Source of the DNA: an uncultured virus (IMG/VR IMGVR_UViG_3300009183_000073) | Lineage: Duplodnaviria; Heunggongvirae; Uroviricota; Caudoviricetes | Reading direction: 5' to 3' (one strand) | IMG/VR virus record: IMGVR_UViG_3300009183_000073 | DNA length: 64,000 bases | Shown here: positions 10,157-19,428 of the stretch, piece by piece | Position numbering within the stretch: position 1 is the first letter of the stretch | Layout: the number at the start of each line of letters is the position of its first letter | Made by a program: the position numbers and the translations under genes | The notes under the pieces: model-generated | Seen by the model: the letters and a program-made list of their open reading frames with translations, nothing else | Databases searched by the model: none | Told to the model about the DNA's origin: nothing

Positions 10157-10193
10157 TCCACTAAACTAGCAAACTACAAAGAAAAATCAAGAC

Positions 10194-10397
10194 TTATTTA
10201 CAGAGATGAGTGATGTCTTCCTTGGTCACAGCATCTAAAATCTTTACAATACCTCTACGAATAAAAGCTCCAGAAGACGGATCATTCCAGTGAGCTTCTA
10301 CATAAATTTTATCCCCATACTGACGCTCTTTAATCATGGGTGTAGAAGACTGTCCACTGATAGGTGATGTAATTTTAATTGGTCGAACGATATCCAT
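10194..10397 (-). CDS. Hypothetical late protein
   Basis: 67 aa; TAAATA 6 nt before ATG. Confidence 0.6.
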   Translation of the reverse strand: MDIVRPIKITSPISGQSSTPMIKERQYGDKIYVEAHWNDPSSGAFIRRGIVKILDAVTKEDITHLCK

Positions 10398-10410
10398 ATA
10401 ATTTATTTAT

Positions 10411-10656
10411 CTATTTTTTATTAAAATCAAATTGTTTTTCTAAAAGAGTTAAAACATCACTATCTATTGCTTCTACTTCTTCCAAGATTTTATGCTTAAT
10501 TCCTATATCAAATTTATCTTTCGGGACTGTTCTATTTTGATTTTTTGGTATTGATATAAAATTATAATTATCATCAAATTCCTCAATAAACACAAACATC
10601 TCACCTACATATGTGCCCGTACCAACAGCATAAATATAACCCTTCTTAGGTTTCAT
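10411..10656 (-). CDS. Hypothetical protein
   Basis: 81 aa; TAATG stop/start overlap with the upstream gene. Confidence 0.6.
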   Translation of the reverse strand: MKPKKGYIYAVGTGTYVGEMFVFIEEFDDNYNFISIPKNQNRTVPKDKFDIGIKHKILEEVEAIDSDVLTLLEKQFDFNKK

Positions 10657-10985
10657 TAAAATCCGTTAGGGTTATTTATTGTTGTAAACAGCCTAGCTAA
10701 TGCAGTGTATAAAGCATCAGCATCCAATTGCGACTTTGCATGAGTAATCGTAACTGGTTCATTTTTTATATTATATCCAATTAATATAAAAGATCTTAAG
10801 AACTCTTCCATAGTTGAAACCATTGCATCAATCTCCATATTAGATTGTTTTCTTATTTCAGACAAATTATCCATTAACGCTTCTTTCAACAATTTTTTAA
10901 TTTGAGCAGAAGTATAATCTTCGTTGCTTAAACTTTTCGTAACTTTCTTCTTTCTCGGTTTTGGTGATTCGTCGCTACAATCCAT
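10656..10985 (-). CDS. Hypothetical protein (likely start 10985, MDCSDES...)
   Basis: The ORF-track start at 11042 overlaps the upstream gene; ATG at 10985 directly follows the upstream stop. Confidence 0.6.
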   Translation of the reverse strand: MDCSDESPKPRKKKVTKSLSNEDYTSAQIKKLLKEALMDNLSEIRKQSNMEIDAMVSTMEEFLRSFILIGYNIKNEPVTITHAKSQLDADALYTALARLFTTINNPNGF

Positions 10986-10986
10986 A

Positions 10987-11334
10987 TTATCTTCCTTTAT
11001 AAAATTCACTATTTTCATTAATAGTTTGTATTTGCTTATCAACTAATAATTGAACTATAACTTCTATAGATTCGGTACTTATAGAAAAATGTTTTGGAAA
11101 CAAATTACCGCCATCATTAAATTCAAACATTATTTCATTATTAAAATTTTTATTGCTATAACAAGTGACAAAAATAGAAGCACCACTAGGATCTACTAAA
11201 ATGGTCCATCTCCTAGAATCGTGTAGTCCATAATTTTGGAATACACGAAGAACTCCGAATTTATTATCTCGCAAACGCTTGATAAAATACCCTGGAGTTC
11301 TTATTTTATTCTGTTGTCTTTTGTTTAAAACCAT
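10987..11334 (-). CDS. Hypothetical protein
   Basis: 115 aa, starts immediately after the clamp gene stop. Confidence 0.65.
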   Translation of the reverse strand: MVLNKRQQNKIRTPGYFIKRLRDNKFGVLRVFQNYGLHDSRRWTILVDPSGASIFVTCYSNKNFNNEIMFEFNDGGNLFPKHFSISTESIEVIVQLLVDKQIQTINENSEFYKGR

Positions 11335-11335
11335 A

Positions 11336-12070
11336 TCAAGAAATATGTGCAGTAGTAATGTATTTCAATTTATAGTTATCTTGTTCTATGCCAAATTCAA
11401 TAATTCCTTTAGAATTAATTTTTATTAAGGCTTCGCCGTTTTTTGAGAATGAAATACTTCTAAACAAATTTAGATCAAAACATAACGGAGTATCAAGCTC
11501 ATCTCCAACAAAACTATCAGAAATAACTAAACCAAAACTATCAACATTATTTTTCGTTTTATCTGTTAATTCTGCAAAGACATGATTTTCTTTCGTACTT
11601 ATATAAACTTTTTCTGTAGAAAGAAAAGTACTACTTTTAAGTAATTCTAAATAAGAATTATAAGAAAACTTAAATTGTGTATCAAATTCTAAAGAATTAA
11701 TCTTTTCTATAGTATAATTAGGTCCTCTAACGATATTATCATCGATCAAATGAAATTTAAAACGATTTACGTGAGAAGTAAATTCGATATTATTATGATT
11801 AATCTTTAATTCTACATTCTCTTCTTGCGGAATACATTCAAATGCTTTAATAAACTTTTTAATATCAGCAAAACTTAAACTCCTCTTTTCTCCATCATAA
11901 GAAACAGAATCGGTGTATGCAAAAAGTATAAAGTTTCCTTCTGCTGTTCTATTTAAATTATAAATACTCTCCTTATCTAGGGTAAGAGAACATAATTCAT
12001 TTACCTTAGAAATTGGGGTTAGAAAATTCTGAATAAAATTCTTCTTATTTCGAATCTTTAATGTCGTCAT
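11336..12070 (-). CDS. gp45: DNA polymerase sliding clamp (gp45-like)
   Basis: 244 aa; two-domain alpha/beta pattern, AELTDKTKNNVDSF and C-terminal GIIEF...KLKYI match clamp architecture; replication context. Confidence 0.7.
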   Translation of the reverse strand: MTTLKIRNKKNFIQNFLTPISKVNELCSLTLDKESIYNLNRTAEGNFILFAYTDSVSYDGEKRSLSFADIKKFIKAFECIPQEENVELKINHNNIEFTSHVNRFKFHLIDDNIVRGPNYTIEKINSLEFDTQFKFSYNSYLELLKSSTFLSTEKVYISTKENHVFAELTDKTKNNVDSFGLVISDSFVGDELDTPLCFDLNLFRSISFSKNGEALIKINSKGIIEFGIEQDNYKLKYITTAHIS

Positions 12071-12518
12071 GTTCTAACAACGATAGCACCTTCTGTATGG
12101 AAGAGTCAAGCCTTTTTAGGCGTTTCTCCAAGTCGTCCAATCTTTTATCAATACTAATAGCTGTGACACTATTATCAAAACAAAATTCTAATTGATTAGG
12201 ATCTTTTTCTGGTTCTACTATTGTTTGTGATACTGCTTGTACTATTGTTTGTGATACTATCGGATTTCCAATCACTGTATGTTGTAGGGGCCTTGCTTGT
12301 GGATTAAGGCCAGAAGCTTGTTTAACTTCTTGAAACACCCTTTCTGCTGTTCTATGAAACTCCTCCTTTTTAGGAGCTAGAAAAGGGTTTGCACTTACTA
12401 AATGACTATCATACCTAGATATTTCTTGGTATGTCTGTCCTAAAAATCCAGCGAGAGTCTGCTGAAGTTCAATAGGATCTATGTTTTGTTCGTATGTACC
12501 ATTCAAAGGATCTATCAT
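12045..12518 (-). CDS. Hypothetical protein with C-terminal coiled coil
   Basis: 157 aa; DPNQLEFCFD then RLDDLEKRLKRLD heptads. Confidence 0.6.
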   Translation of the reverse strand: MIDPLNGTYEQNIDPIELQQTLAGFLGQTYQEISRYDSHLVSANPFLAPKKEEFHRTAERVFQEVKQASGLNPQARPLQHTVIGNPIVSQTIVQAVSQTIVEPEKDPNQLEFCFDNSVTAISIDKRLDDLEKRLKRLDSSIQKVLSLLEHDDIKDSK

Positions 12519-12531
12519 ATTAATATATATG

Positions 12532-12568
12532 AAAAAGCCTCAAGTTTTCTATACTTGAGGCTTTTTTT
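12532..12568. terminator. Bidirectional intrinsic terminator downstream of gp32
   Basis: AAAAAGCCTCAAGT-tttctat-ACTTGAGGCTTTTTTT. Confidence 0.85.
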
Positions 12569-12585
12569 GTCGAATTTAAATAAGG

Positions 12586-13443
12586 TTAATTATCGAAACC
12601 TTTCAAAATGTTTTGAACTTCTTCATCAGAAATTTCATCTACTTGTTGAACGGAATTATTAGTAGATGCTGGAGCAGTATAAACACTCTCTTGTTTTACT
12701 GAAGCTTGTGTAGAAGCTTCAGACAAACCAGACAGATTGTTACAAACAAAGTGCTTATTCCACAGATCGATAATTTCTTCTTCACTCTTAAGTTGATTCA
12801 CAGAAGTTAAATCATGAATAGAATTATAAATCTCCTCTACCCTAGAGGTAGAAAGATTCAAATCATTAGGAGAAGTAAACCTGCTGCTATCGTAAGTAAT
12901 ATAATCTCCTTGCTTCTCAACCCTCAACTTTAGATTGACTCCAGTTGCACCAAGATCAAACACCCGTGCTCCGAACTCATCAGAATCATCCCCATTGATT
13001 GCAGAATCAATCATCTTATGAAGCTTCCGACCAAAGCGGAAGATCTTAGTAGAACCGTTGTTTTCTGGATTGACTGGATCATCAACAACATAAACATTAA
13101 CGAACCACTGCTCAGACCACTTGACTGCTTCAACCTTCTTCTTATCTTCTTCAGAACCACTCTTCTTGATCCTCCAAGTAGCAATACTAATTGGATCTGG
13201 CTTGCCAATAGTCTGGAGACTTAGTGTAGAAACATACTCTCCAGAGCAAAAGCTTTCCCAACCGTGCTGGTAGTAGTGGTAAAAGGTGTTTGCTGGATCT
13301 TTGATGTTTGGAAGCAAACGAAGAACGTATGTATTCCCAGCCTTGAAACGAAGAATTTCCTTATATAGAGGACTACCCGATGAACTCTTTTCTGACTTTG
13401 CCAGAGCTTCTTTAATTGACGCGAACATTGATGAATTATACAT
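12586..13443 (-). CDS. gp32: Single-stranded DNA-binding protein (gp32-like)
   Basis: LRLLP, VNVYVVDDPVNPENNG, KIFRFGRKL, YDSSRF and acidic C-terminal tail. Confidence 0.9.
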   Translation of the reverse strand: MYNSSMFASIKEALAKSEKSSSGSPLYKEILRFKAGNTYVLRLLPNIKDPANTFYHYYQHGWESFCSGEYVSTLSLQTIGKPDPISIATWRIKKSGSEEDKKKVEAVKWSEQWFVNVYVVDDPVNPENNGSTKIFRFGRKLHKMIDSAINGDDSDEFGARVFDLGATGVNLKLRVEKQGDYITYDSSRFTSPNDLNLSTSRVEEIYNSIHDLTSVNQLKSEEEIIDLWNKHFVCNNLSGLSEASTQASVKQESVYTAPASTNNSVQQVDEISDEEVQNILKGFDN

Positions 13444-13472
13444 AATTATTTTTAATTTGGATTTAGTTTGGG

Positions 13473-13814
13473 TTACCTTTCAGTAACGCTAGGAATCTTA
13501 GCAGAAGATTGGGCTCTGTCAAGGGCCTTTCTCGATTCTATGAAAATTTTGTACACCTTTATAGCTTTTTGACTAGTGTAGAATTTTAGATCGAAATTTT
13601 CTCCAGCAGCATACACAGAGTAAGGAGCCTTGAAAAAATCCGAAGGCGAAACATCTTTATTGTTTATAAAGAATAAAGCTAACTTTTTAATGGAAAGAGC
13701 AACCGTATCACTTATTTTCTGGAAGTGCTTTCTTCTTTTGTAAGGAAGATTTTTTGATTCTCTTGACTCTCTTAGATAGTCGTTGTAGAGGTTCTTTTCG
13801 AAATCCGTAAACAT
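13473..13814 (-). CDS. gp59: Probable helicase loader (gp59-like, N-terminal domain only)
   Basis: YKRRKHFQKISD..KKLALFFINN resembles the T4 gp59 segment as I recall it (YQKRRDKYFFQKLSEKYKLKELALIFISN); sits directly upstream of gp32 as in T4. Confidence 0.45.
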   Translation of the reverse strand: MFTDFEKNLYNDYLRESRESKNLPYKRRKHFQKISDTVALSIKKLALFFINNKDVSPSDFFKAPYSVYAAGENFDLKFYTSQKAIKVYKIFIESRKALDRAQSSAKIPSVTER

Positions 13815-14088
13815 CTTTTTTAATTTTTGTTCCTTGTGTAGAATTTAGATATTTTGATATATATTTGCTTTTTGAAATCGTAGAATCATAGTCTATGAAA
13901 AATTTAAATAGATCAAAATCATTATCTATTGTTAGCATGTACTTCAAAAGAGACTTATAGGCTTCGTTTTTAAGAACTAACAAGAAAATATTCGGAAGAT
14001 TAAATTTTTTTGCATTAATTATGCAAATCAAGCTGCAAAAACATAAAAAATTATGATTTGTTTCGTTTCTTTCTGCATTAAAATCCAT
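13708..14088 (-). CDS. Hypothetical protein
   Basis: 126 aa with basic C-terminus overlapping the next gene. Confidence 0.55.
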   Translation of the reverse strand: MDFNAERNETNHNFLCFCSLICIINAKKFNLPNIFLLVLKNEAYKSLLKYMLTIDNDFDLFKFFIDYDSTISKSKYISKYLNSTQGTKIKKDVYGFRKEPLQRLSKRVKRIKKSSLQKKKALPENK

Positions 14089-14122
14089 GTTAATATAGAT
14101 TTATATGCATATAAATAAAAAT

Positions 14123-14815
14123 CTACTCTTTGTATTCCTTTAAAAACGATTTGTTGCTTTTAGCCCATGCTTTATCGTGGATGGATAAAAGCCCAGGGGA
14201 ACTATGAATTACGTGGATTGGATACACACCTATCTTAAGTTTAGCTCTATTTGCATCAATTGAACTAGCCAAATCATAATGATGAAATTTATAATTTTCA
14301 TTAAATTTCCAATCCGTTTTCTTAACAGAATCGAGATGTAATGCCATAAACAACCCATCTATAATAGCAACTCTAGATGGTGTAGGCCCGAATGCCGTAG
14401 TCATAGTCTGGTTAGAATTTCCCGCTGGATGTGCTACTTCACCTCTCTGTTGGTTTATATCAGTCATTACATGCCATAATGCTGGATTTGTAAGACGTGG
14501 ATTCAATCCACCAGCAAGGCCAACAATATTGTAACCTAACTTATAAGCCATCTGTAGCTTTTCGTATAGCTTTAAATCATCAATATAAACATCATCGTGT
14601 ACACAAACGATGAATTCTGCTCCAGAGTCTTTATATTCTTGGAACTTTTTATTATAAACTGTAGGCATTCCCTCTGTATTCTCCCAGACGATATCTAATT
14701 TATAATTAGGAGTATTTAAACCATCTTTCCAAGAACGAAATAATGGTAGTGTATGAGCTTCTTCTTGAAGCTTTCTAGTACATGAAACAATAATAACTTT
14801 TGGAGTCATGTTCAT
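14123..14815 (-). CDS. GT-A fold glycosyltransferase-like protein
   Basis: VCVHDDV (DxD-like), IVGLAG, IIDGLFMA, FHHYD motifs of the small GT2-like family. Confidence 0.75.
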   Translation of the reverse strand: MNMTPKVIIVSCTRKLQEEAHTLPLFRSWKDGLNTPNYKLDIVWENTEGMPTVYNKKFQEYKDSGAEFIVCVHDDVYIDDLKLYEKLQMAYKLGYNIVGLAGGLNPRLTNPALWHVMTDINQQRGEVAHPAGNSNQTMTTAFGPTPSRVAIIDGLFMALHLDSVKKTDWKFNENYKFHHYDLASSIDANRAKLKIGVYPIHVIHSSPGLLSIHDKAWAKSNKSFLKEYKE

Positions 14816-14856
14816 TATTATAACAAAAATTTAAAAGAAATCAATAAATAATTAAC

Positions 14857-15603
14857 ATGAGTATACTAAAGAGACCAGGTTGGGCTAATCACGAAATTAT
14901 TAATGAAGGTCGTCTTCATAATGATAAACTTAAAGATAAGATTGGTAAAATGTTTGATCGTTTATCTTTAGGATATTCTCCAAACCATGTTATAGATAAA
15001 ATTGCTAATATCATTAGAATTGAAAAGGGAGATAAATTTGATTATACTAAAGTAACAAATGATGATATTATCAATATTGCAAACTCTGATTTTGTAACAA
15101 GAGGGAAATTTACACCTTCTTTAAGACCTTCTTTTGCTGCTGAATATCAGAATACAAATAATATTTCAGAAGTAGAAACTCCATCTGTAGAACCCGTATC
15201 TTTAGATTTTTCTGCTCCCGCATCTACTGAAACATCTTCCTTACCAATAGGAGGATTACCTTCAGAAGATTCAGAAGAATACGGTTCAGAAGAATACGGT
15301 TCAGAAGATTCGGAAGAATATGATAGTTCAGAAGATTCTGAAGACAAAGAAGAGAAAGCAGAAGATGCGGAAGAAGTAAAAACTTGTAAATGTCATAAAG
15401 ACGACGCAGTTTTTAATCCAGAAATAGCAAAGAAATCGTTTGATAAAACAGCAAATCCAAAACCTTTAAATCCAAAAACTTCTGGAACTCATAGAGAATC
15501 TGTTAGGCTTTCCACAAAAGCCGTAAATCAATTACTCAAAGAAGATTATATAAAACAAAGACAACACCTATCTCGTATCGAAGAAAGATACGGAAGAAGG
15601 TAA
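14857..15603 (+). CDS. Hypothetical late protein with acidic Ser/Glu/Asp repeats, candidate internal head protein
   Basis: TAAATA 6 nt before ATG; IINE-G; SEEYG/SED repeats (tcagaagaatacggt x2 at 15271-15300). Confidence 0.65.
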   Translation: MSILKRPGWANHEIINEGRLHNDKLKDKIGKMFDRLSLGYSPNHVIDKIANIIRIEKGDKFDYTKVTNDDIINIANSDFVTRGKFTPSLRPSFAAEYQNTNNISEVETPSVEPVSLDFSAPASTETSSLPIGGLPSEDSEEYGSEEYGSEDSEEYDSSEDSEDKEEKAEDAEEVKTCKCHKDDAVFNPEIAKKSFDKTANPKPLNPKTSGTHRESVRLSTKAVNQLLKEDYIKQRQHLSRIEERYGRR

Positions 15604-15632
15604 AAAAAGGCCCCCTTTCGGGGGCCTTTTTT
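15602..15632. terminator. Bidirectional intrinsic terminator
   Basis: AAAAAAAGGCCCCC-TTTC-GGGGGCCTTTTTT between convergent genes. Confidence 0.9.
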
Positions 15633-15633
15633 G

Positions 15634-15858
15634 CTATCCGTGTAGGAGTACGTTTCCTTTATAATTTTCTTGTAAGGTTAGACTTTTTGCTATTTCAAGA
15701 ATAGAATTTACAGACAGAGACTGCCAATTCATAATTCTTGTATCAGCATCGCCTACTTTAACTACTAAAATATTTCCTTCAGAATGTACTGTTACTGGCT
15801 TTTTTGATGTAGCCAACTCTGTAAAAATTGCATTAGAAATTTGATTTAGATTATTCAT
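15634..15858 (-). CDS. Hypothetical protein
   Basis: Short ORF overlapping the end of uvsX; likely start MNNLNQ at 15858. Confidence 0.55.
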   Translation of the reverse strand: MNNLNQISNAIFTELATSKKPVTVHSEGNILVVKVGDADTRIMNWQSLSVNSILEIAKSLTLQENYKGNVLLHG

Positions 15859-16972
15859 TAGTTTCACCTCCTTCTTCACTTACTTCTGCTTCCATCTGTT
15901 TAATTTCTGTTTCTTGTTCAGAAGAATAAGCCCAATTAACATCAACTTTTTTCTGCATCAGAGGAATAATACGATTTTCCCAGAAATCTGCATTATCTGC
16001 AAAAGTTTTGGCGTATCCCAGCTTTTCACCATCAATAGAATATGTAGCACCAGCTTGTTGAATCACGCCTAGTTCTACTGCTAAATCTAGAAGACCATGA
16101 TATTTATCAGCACCATTAGAGAAGGAAATAAACATTTCTCCTTCCAAGTATTGTTTAATAAAACGATTCTTAGCTGTCAAAGCTCGAATAATAATCCCAA
16201 CATAGTTTCTCTGTCCAGCAGCCAGTTCTTCCGAACTAGATTTGATCGCATCTGCTTTAACTGGCTTACGCATCAATTGTACTGATACAGAAGGTAGATA
16301 CACACACTTCTTACCCCCTGGCATATTCTTAACCAAAGTAGGATGTAAGTCTCCTGGGTTATCATACAAATGATTTGTTACAATAATAGGTGTTTTAGTT
16401 AAACCAGCCAATTGTGTACAAGTAGTCAACAAAGATCCAATCGCTCTAGCCCTAGTACCCATATCCATGCTCGTAGAATCCTTTTCCATACGAGTGGTCT
16501 CCATCGCACTTTGTAGATTTCCTAAAGAATCAATAGCAATAATAAACTTTCCTTCCAACCCCTTTTCCTTAACTACATTCAAAAATTTAAAAATATCATT
16601 GCGACATTTTTCAATATTAAATGTTGGTATATATTTTACCTTAGTTGTGTCTAAGCCCAATCTCTTCGCACCATCATTATCAATGGCATTTTCCGTATCG
16701 AAAATCACGGGAGTAAGTCCCGCTTTTTGTGCATTAGCTAAAACCTTTTGCACAATAGATGACTTATATGTCATGCTTTCTCCATAAAGCATTGTCATTC
16801 TTCCGCTGGGAATTCCACCACCTACAAATTTTCCGCTAATCAATGCATCTAGCATGTAGCTACCCGTGCTAAACCACTTATCAACCCTACTTAAACTTGA
16901 ATTATTTAAGAAAGTCGCATAAGGATTATTTTCATCCAAAACTTCGAGGGCTTTAATTAGATCTTTGTCCAT
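15851..16972 (-). CDS. uvsX: RecA-like recombinase
   Basis: STGSYMLDALISG, P-loop-like YGESMTYKS, FDTENA, IDSLG, MPGG, KNRF. Confidence 0.92.
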   Translation of the reverse strand: MDKDLIKALEVLDENNPYATFLNNSSLSRVDKWFSTGSYMLDALISGKFVGGGIPSGRMTMLYGESMTYKSSIVQKVLANAQKAGLTPVIFDTENAIDNDGAKRLGLDTTKVKYIPTFNIEKCRNDIFKFLNVVKEKGLEGKFIIAIDSLGNLQSAMETTRMEKDSTSMDMGTRARAIGSLLTTCTQLAGLTKTPIIVTNHLYDNPGDLHPTLVKNMPGGKKCVYLPSVSVQLMRKPVKADAIKSSSEELAAGQRNYVGIIIRALTAKNRFIKQYLEGEMFISFSNGADKYHGLLDLAVELGVIQQAGATYSIDGEKLGYAKTFADNADFWENRIIPLMQKKVDVNWAYSSEQETEIKQMEAEVSEEGGETNE

Positions 16973-17007
16973 GAACGTATCCTAGCATAATCAAAAAATA
17001 AATCAAT

Positions 17008-17041
17008 AAAAAACCCTCCTCGAGAAATCGAGGAGGGTTTT
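17008..17041. terminator. Intrinsic terminator
   Basis: AAAAAACCCTCCTCGA-GAAA-TCGAGGAGGGTTTT. Confidence 0.85.
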
Positions 17042-17064
17042 CATATGTCTTTCAATCACCAATA

Positions 17065-17409
17065 TTACTCATCAAACAACTTTACTACTGCTGGATCTTC
17101 GGTTGGAGCCTGAACGGCAGCAGTGCTAAATACTCGCACATATTGCTCAAGAAGACGACCATCAATTTCTACGTCTCCTAAAGTAATTGTGTTTGTATTA
17201 AATGTCCAAGTACTACCTCCAGTACGTTGGGATTCATCAATGAATTCAGAAAAGAATAAAGGAATCAACTGAACCTGTAGTTGACCGTTCTGCGCCTGTG
17301 CTACGTTAATCATAGCAGGGTTTTTAACGACTACAGTAGTATCATTCCTACTAATTTCTTCTGAAAGGATTGTTCTTCCAATGGAATCAATAAATGTAAT
17401 ATTTTTCAT
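17065..17409 (-). CDS. Hypothetical protein (Sm-like small protein typical of T4-like phages)
   Basis: 114 aa; VVKNPAMI..QVQLIP pattern. Confidence 0.55.
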   Translation of the reverse strand: MKNITFIDSIGRTILSEEISRNDTTVVVKNPAMINVAQAQNGQLQVQLIPLFFSEFIDESQRTGGSTWTFNTNTITLGDVEIDGRLLEQYVRVFSTAAVQAPTEDPAVVKLFDE

Positions 17410-17444
17410 ATATCGTTAATATATTAACATAGCTTAATTCTAAT

Positions 17445-18404
17445 TCAAGATAAAATATCATCTAAAGTAAAAATTAATTGATCGGTTGGTTTCCTCGGAA
17501 CCCAATTCATTACTTTATAAAAACGTCCGATACATTTATACATATCCTTTTCAAACATCTCTTCCATATCTGGATTAAAAATATTCTTAAATTCTTCGGG
17601 ATACCTATTCTTATACGCTATAGCAGATATTCCATACTTATTTGGTTGTTCTACATAAAATAATTTTATCTTATCTCCACTAATAATTTTTTCATACTTA
17701 TTAGATATACCAAACTCTTCTATCAATAAATTATAGAAGTATGCAGCTTTAACGTGAAACGGGGTTCCTTTGTATGTAGAAAACCCGTTTGATAGTTGTT
17801 CATATTTTTCAAGATTTCTAATTCCTGAAACTTGAGATATTTCATCTATACCCATATTTAAAAATACGTCATACGATTCCTTGAAAATCTTATTCGTAAT
17901 TGTTTCGGATTTTGTTGTAATCAAGTTTTGAATAATTTTTTTAATATAAGGCTTTACTGCTTTCGGCATTTTGGTTGTGACTACTTCTACTCCAGTGTAT
18001 TTCCAATCATCACATACAACGCCTTCCTTATCCAAAACATGTAATACATAGCGTTTCTTTTCTAGAAAAACTCCATAATCGCACATGGATTCTCTCTTAA
18101 ATTCAAATCTACTATCTATGGTATTTAAAGTCTGACGAGACCACAACTTTATATTCTCGTTTAAATATTTCTCTAATTTTTCCGCTACTTTATATGCTTC
18201 TTTAGTAATTTTCCCGTTGATTGAAAAATCTTTAACTAACTGAAATAAAGATAGATAGACACTATTATGGACTAATATATCATTCGCAAAAAAGGTATGT
18301 TCTGTATTTGAATCCATTTCTATATCATAAACATATTCGTCTTCAAAAAATCCTATTTCTTTTACTGAATCTATTTTAACTATTTGGTAATTCTGGTTTT
18401 CCAT
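17445..18404 (-). CDS. gp43: DNA polymerase B C-terminal half, preceded by a C-intein (IntC)
   Basis: Start MENQNY at 18404; 47-aa IntC ending YVYDIEM...FFANDILVHN, then S-VY and polB motifs FKRE, KKRY, YTGVEVV, GDKIK. Confidence 0.9.
   Translation of the reverse strand: MENQNYQIVKIDSVKEIGFFEDEYVYDIEMDSNTEHTFFANDILVHNSVYLSLFQLVKDFSINGKITKEAYKVAEKLEKYLNENIKLWSRQTLNTIDSRFEFKRESMCDYGVFLEKKRYVLHVLDKEGVVCDDWKYTGVEVVTTKMPKAVKPYIKKIIQNLITTKSETITNKIFKESYDVFLNMGIDEISQVSGIRNLEKYEQLSNGFSTYKGTPFHVKAAYFYNLLIEEFGISNKYEKIISGDKIKLFYVEQPNKYGISAIAYKNRYPEEFKNIFNPDMEEMFEKDMYKCIGRFYKVMNWVPRKPTDQLIFTLDDILS
18264..18404 (-). other. Split intein C-fragment (47 aa)
   Basis: Block F VYDIEM and block G ILVHN followed by +1 Ser (AGT at 18263-18261). 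Confidence 0.9.
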
Positions 18405-19381
18405 ATAAAAACAACAAACATTCATTTATAACCTTTTGAGGATTTTCTGTAAAATTCTTTTCCCACACTATTAGTAAATCATAACCTCTTGAAACTATCA
18501 ACTCATTTTTTTTATTATCTTCTTCCCAAATATCTTTAGAAGTTAAATCTTTTCTGAAAAAATTTGGTCTATCATTTTCGGTATACATTTTTGGATTTGC
18601 ATGATATACATTTCCATTAAATTCTATACATTTTTTTCTTTCTGTATCTACATAATCAAAAAATCTAGCTTTTTTATTTGTTTTATCATATATACAAAAT
18701 TCTCCAGTTTTTTTAATCCCGTAATATATTTTGCTGCTATGCATATCTTCTATTTGAAGGAATAAAATTTGAGACATTTCAGAAAAACTTTCTCTTTTGG
18801 CTACTTTATATAAATATTCTTTATATTTTTTTTTCTCCTTCTTCTATACCATATTTAATTTGAAAATTGCCCAAAGTTAATCGTTTCTTTTCATTTAATT
18901 CTTTATATTTTATATTACCTTCAATTTCTCCATATTTTTCTTTAAAATAATCCAAAGAACATCCAGCGTGTTTTTGTCGATTAACATAATTTTCCCAAAT
19001 TTGGGTTCCGATTTCCTTCCCATGTTTTTTTACTAAATTAATCTTAGTAACAGCTCTACTTTTATTAAAATTTTTATATTCTTTTTCAGACCATCCATGA
19101 GTTTTATTCTTATATTCAAATGAATTAGAATAAGCTTGTTTATTTTTATAAGATTCCCACCGAATCATTCCTTCTTCTGGTCCATATTTTTTAACCAAAT
19201 TTTCTAATGTAACTGCTGTCGTTTTTCTTACTTCATCTGTAATAGTTTTACTATTAGGATATAAAGTTTTATATTCTAAAAAAGTCGTATTATGAGTTTT
19301 TAAATGTGAAGTCGTTATTCGTTTTTTATTAATGTTACATATTTCACATGTAACATATTCTTCTAATTTATTATTTTCCAT
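18376..19381 (-). pseudogene. Vsr-like (very-short-patch) homing endonuclease between the intein halves, broken by one extra base in an A9 run
   Basis: ORFs 18821-19381 (C2H2 zinc finger, KKYG repeats) and 18376-18777 (IEFNGNVYHANP...GYDLLIVWE) join in frame (EGEKKYKEYLYKVAKRESFSEMSQILF) if one base is removed from T9 at 18826-18834. May be an assembly error rather than a true pseudogene. Confidence 0.7.
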
Positions 19382-19394
19382 ACATGATTATTTA

Positions 19395-19428
19395 TCTTAG
19401 CAGACACAGAATCTTGTGTCTGCTAAGA
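19395..19428. promoter_or_regulatory. 14-bp inverted repeat next to a TAAATA late promoter upstream of the endonuclease
   Basis: TCTTAGCAGACACA-gaatct-TGTGTCTGCTAAGA; the minus strand continues ...TAAATA-atcatgt-ATG(19381). Confidence 0.75.

Noticed and set aside
15255..15345. Short tandem repeats (tcagaagaatacggt; also aaggattctaaa near 57100) as CRISPR-like arrays
   Set aside because: In-frame low-complexity coding repeats with no unique spacers and no cas genes.
18405..19422. Group I intron as the explanation for the polymerase interruption
   Set aside because: Both halves carry intein motifs, the gap is filled by the endonuclease ORF (41 bp spare on one side, overlap on the other) and I see no room or motifs for a ribozyme core.
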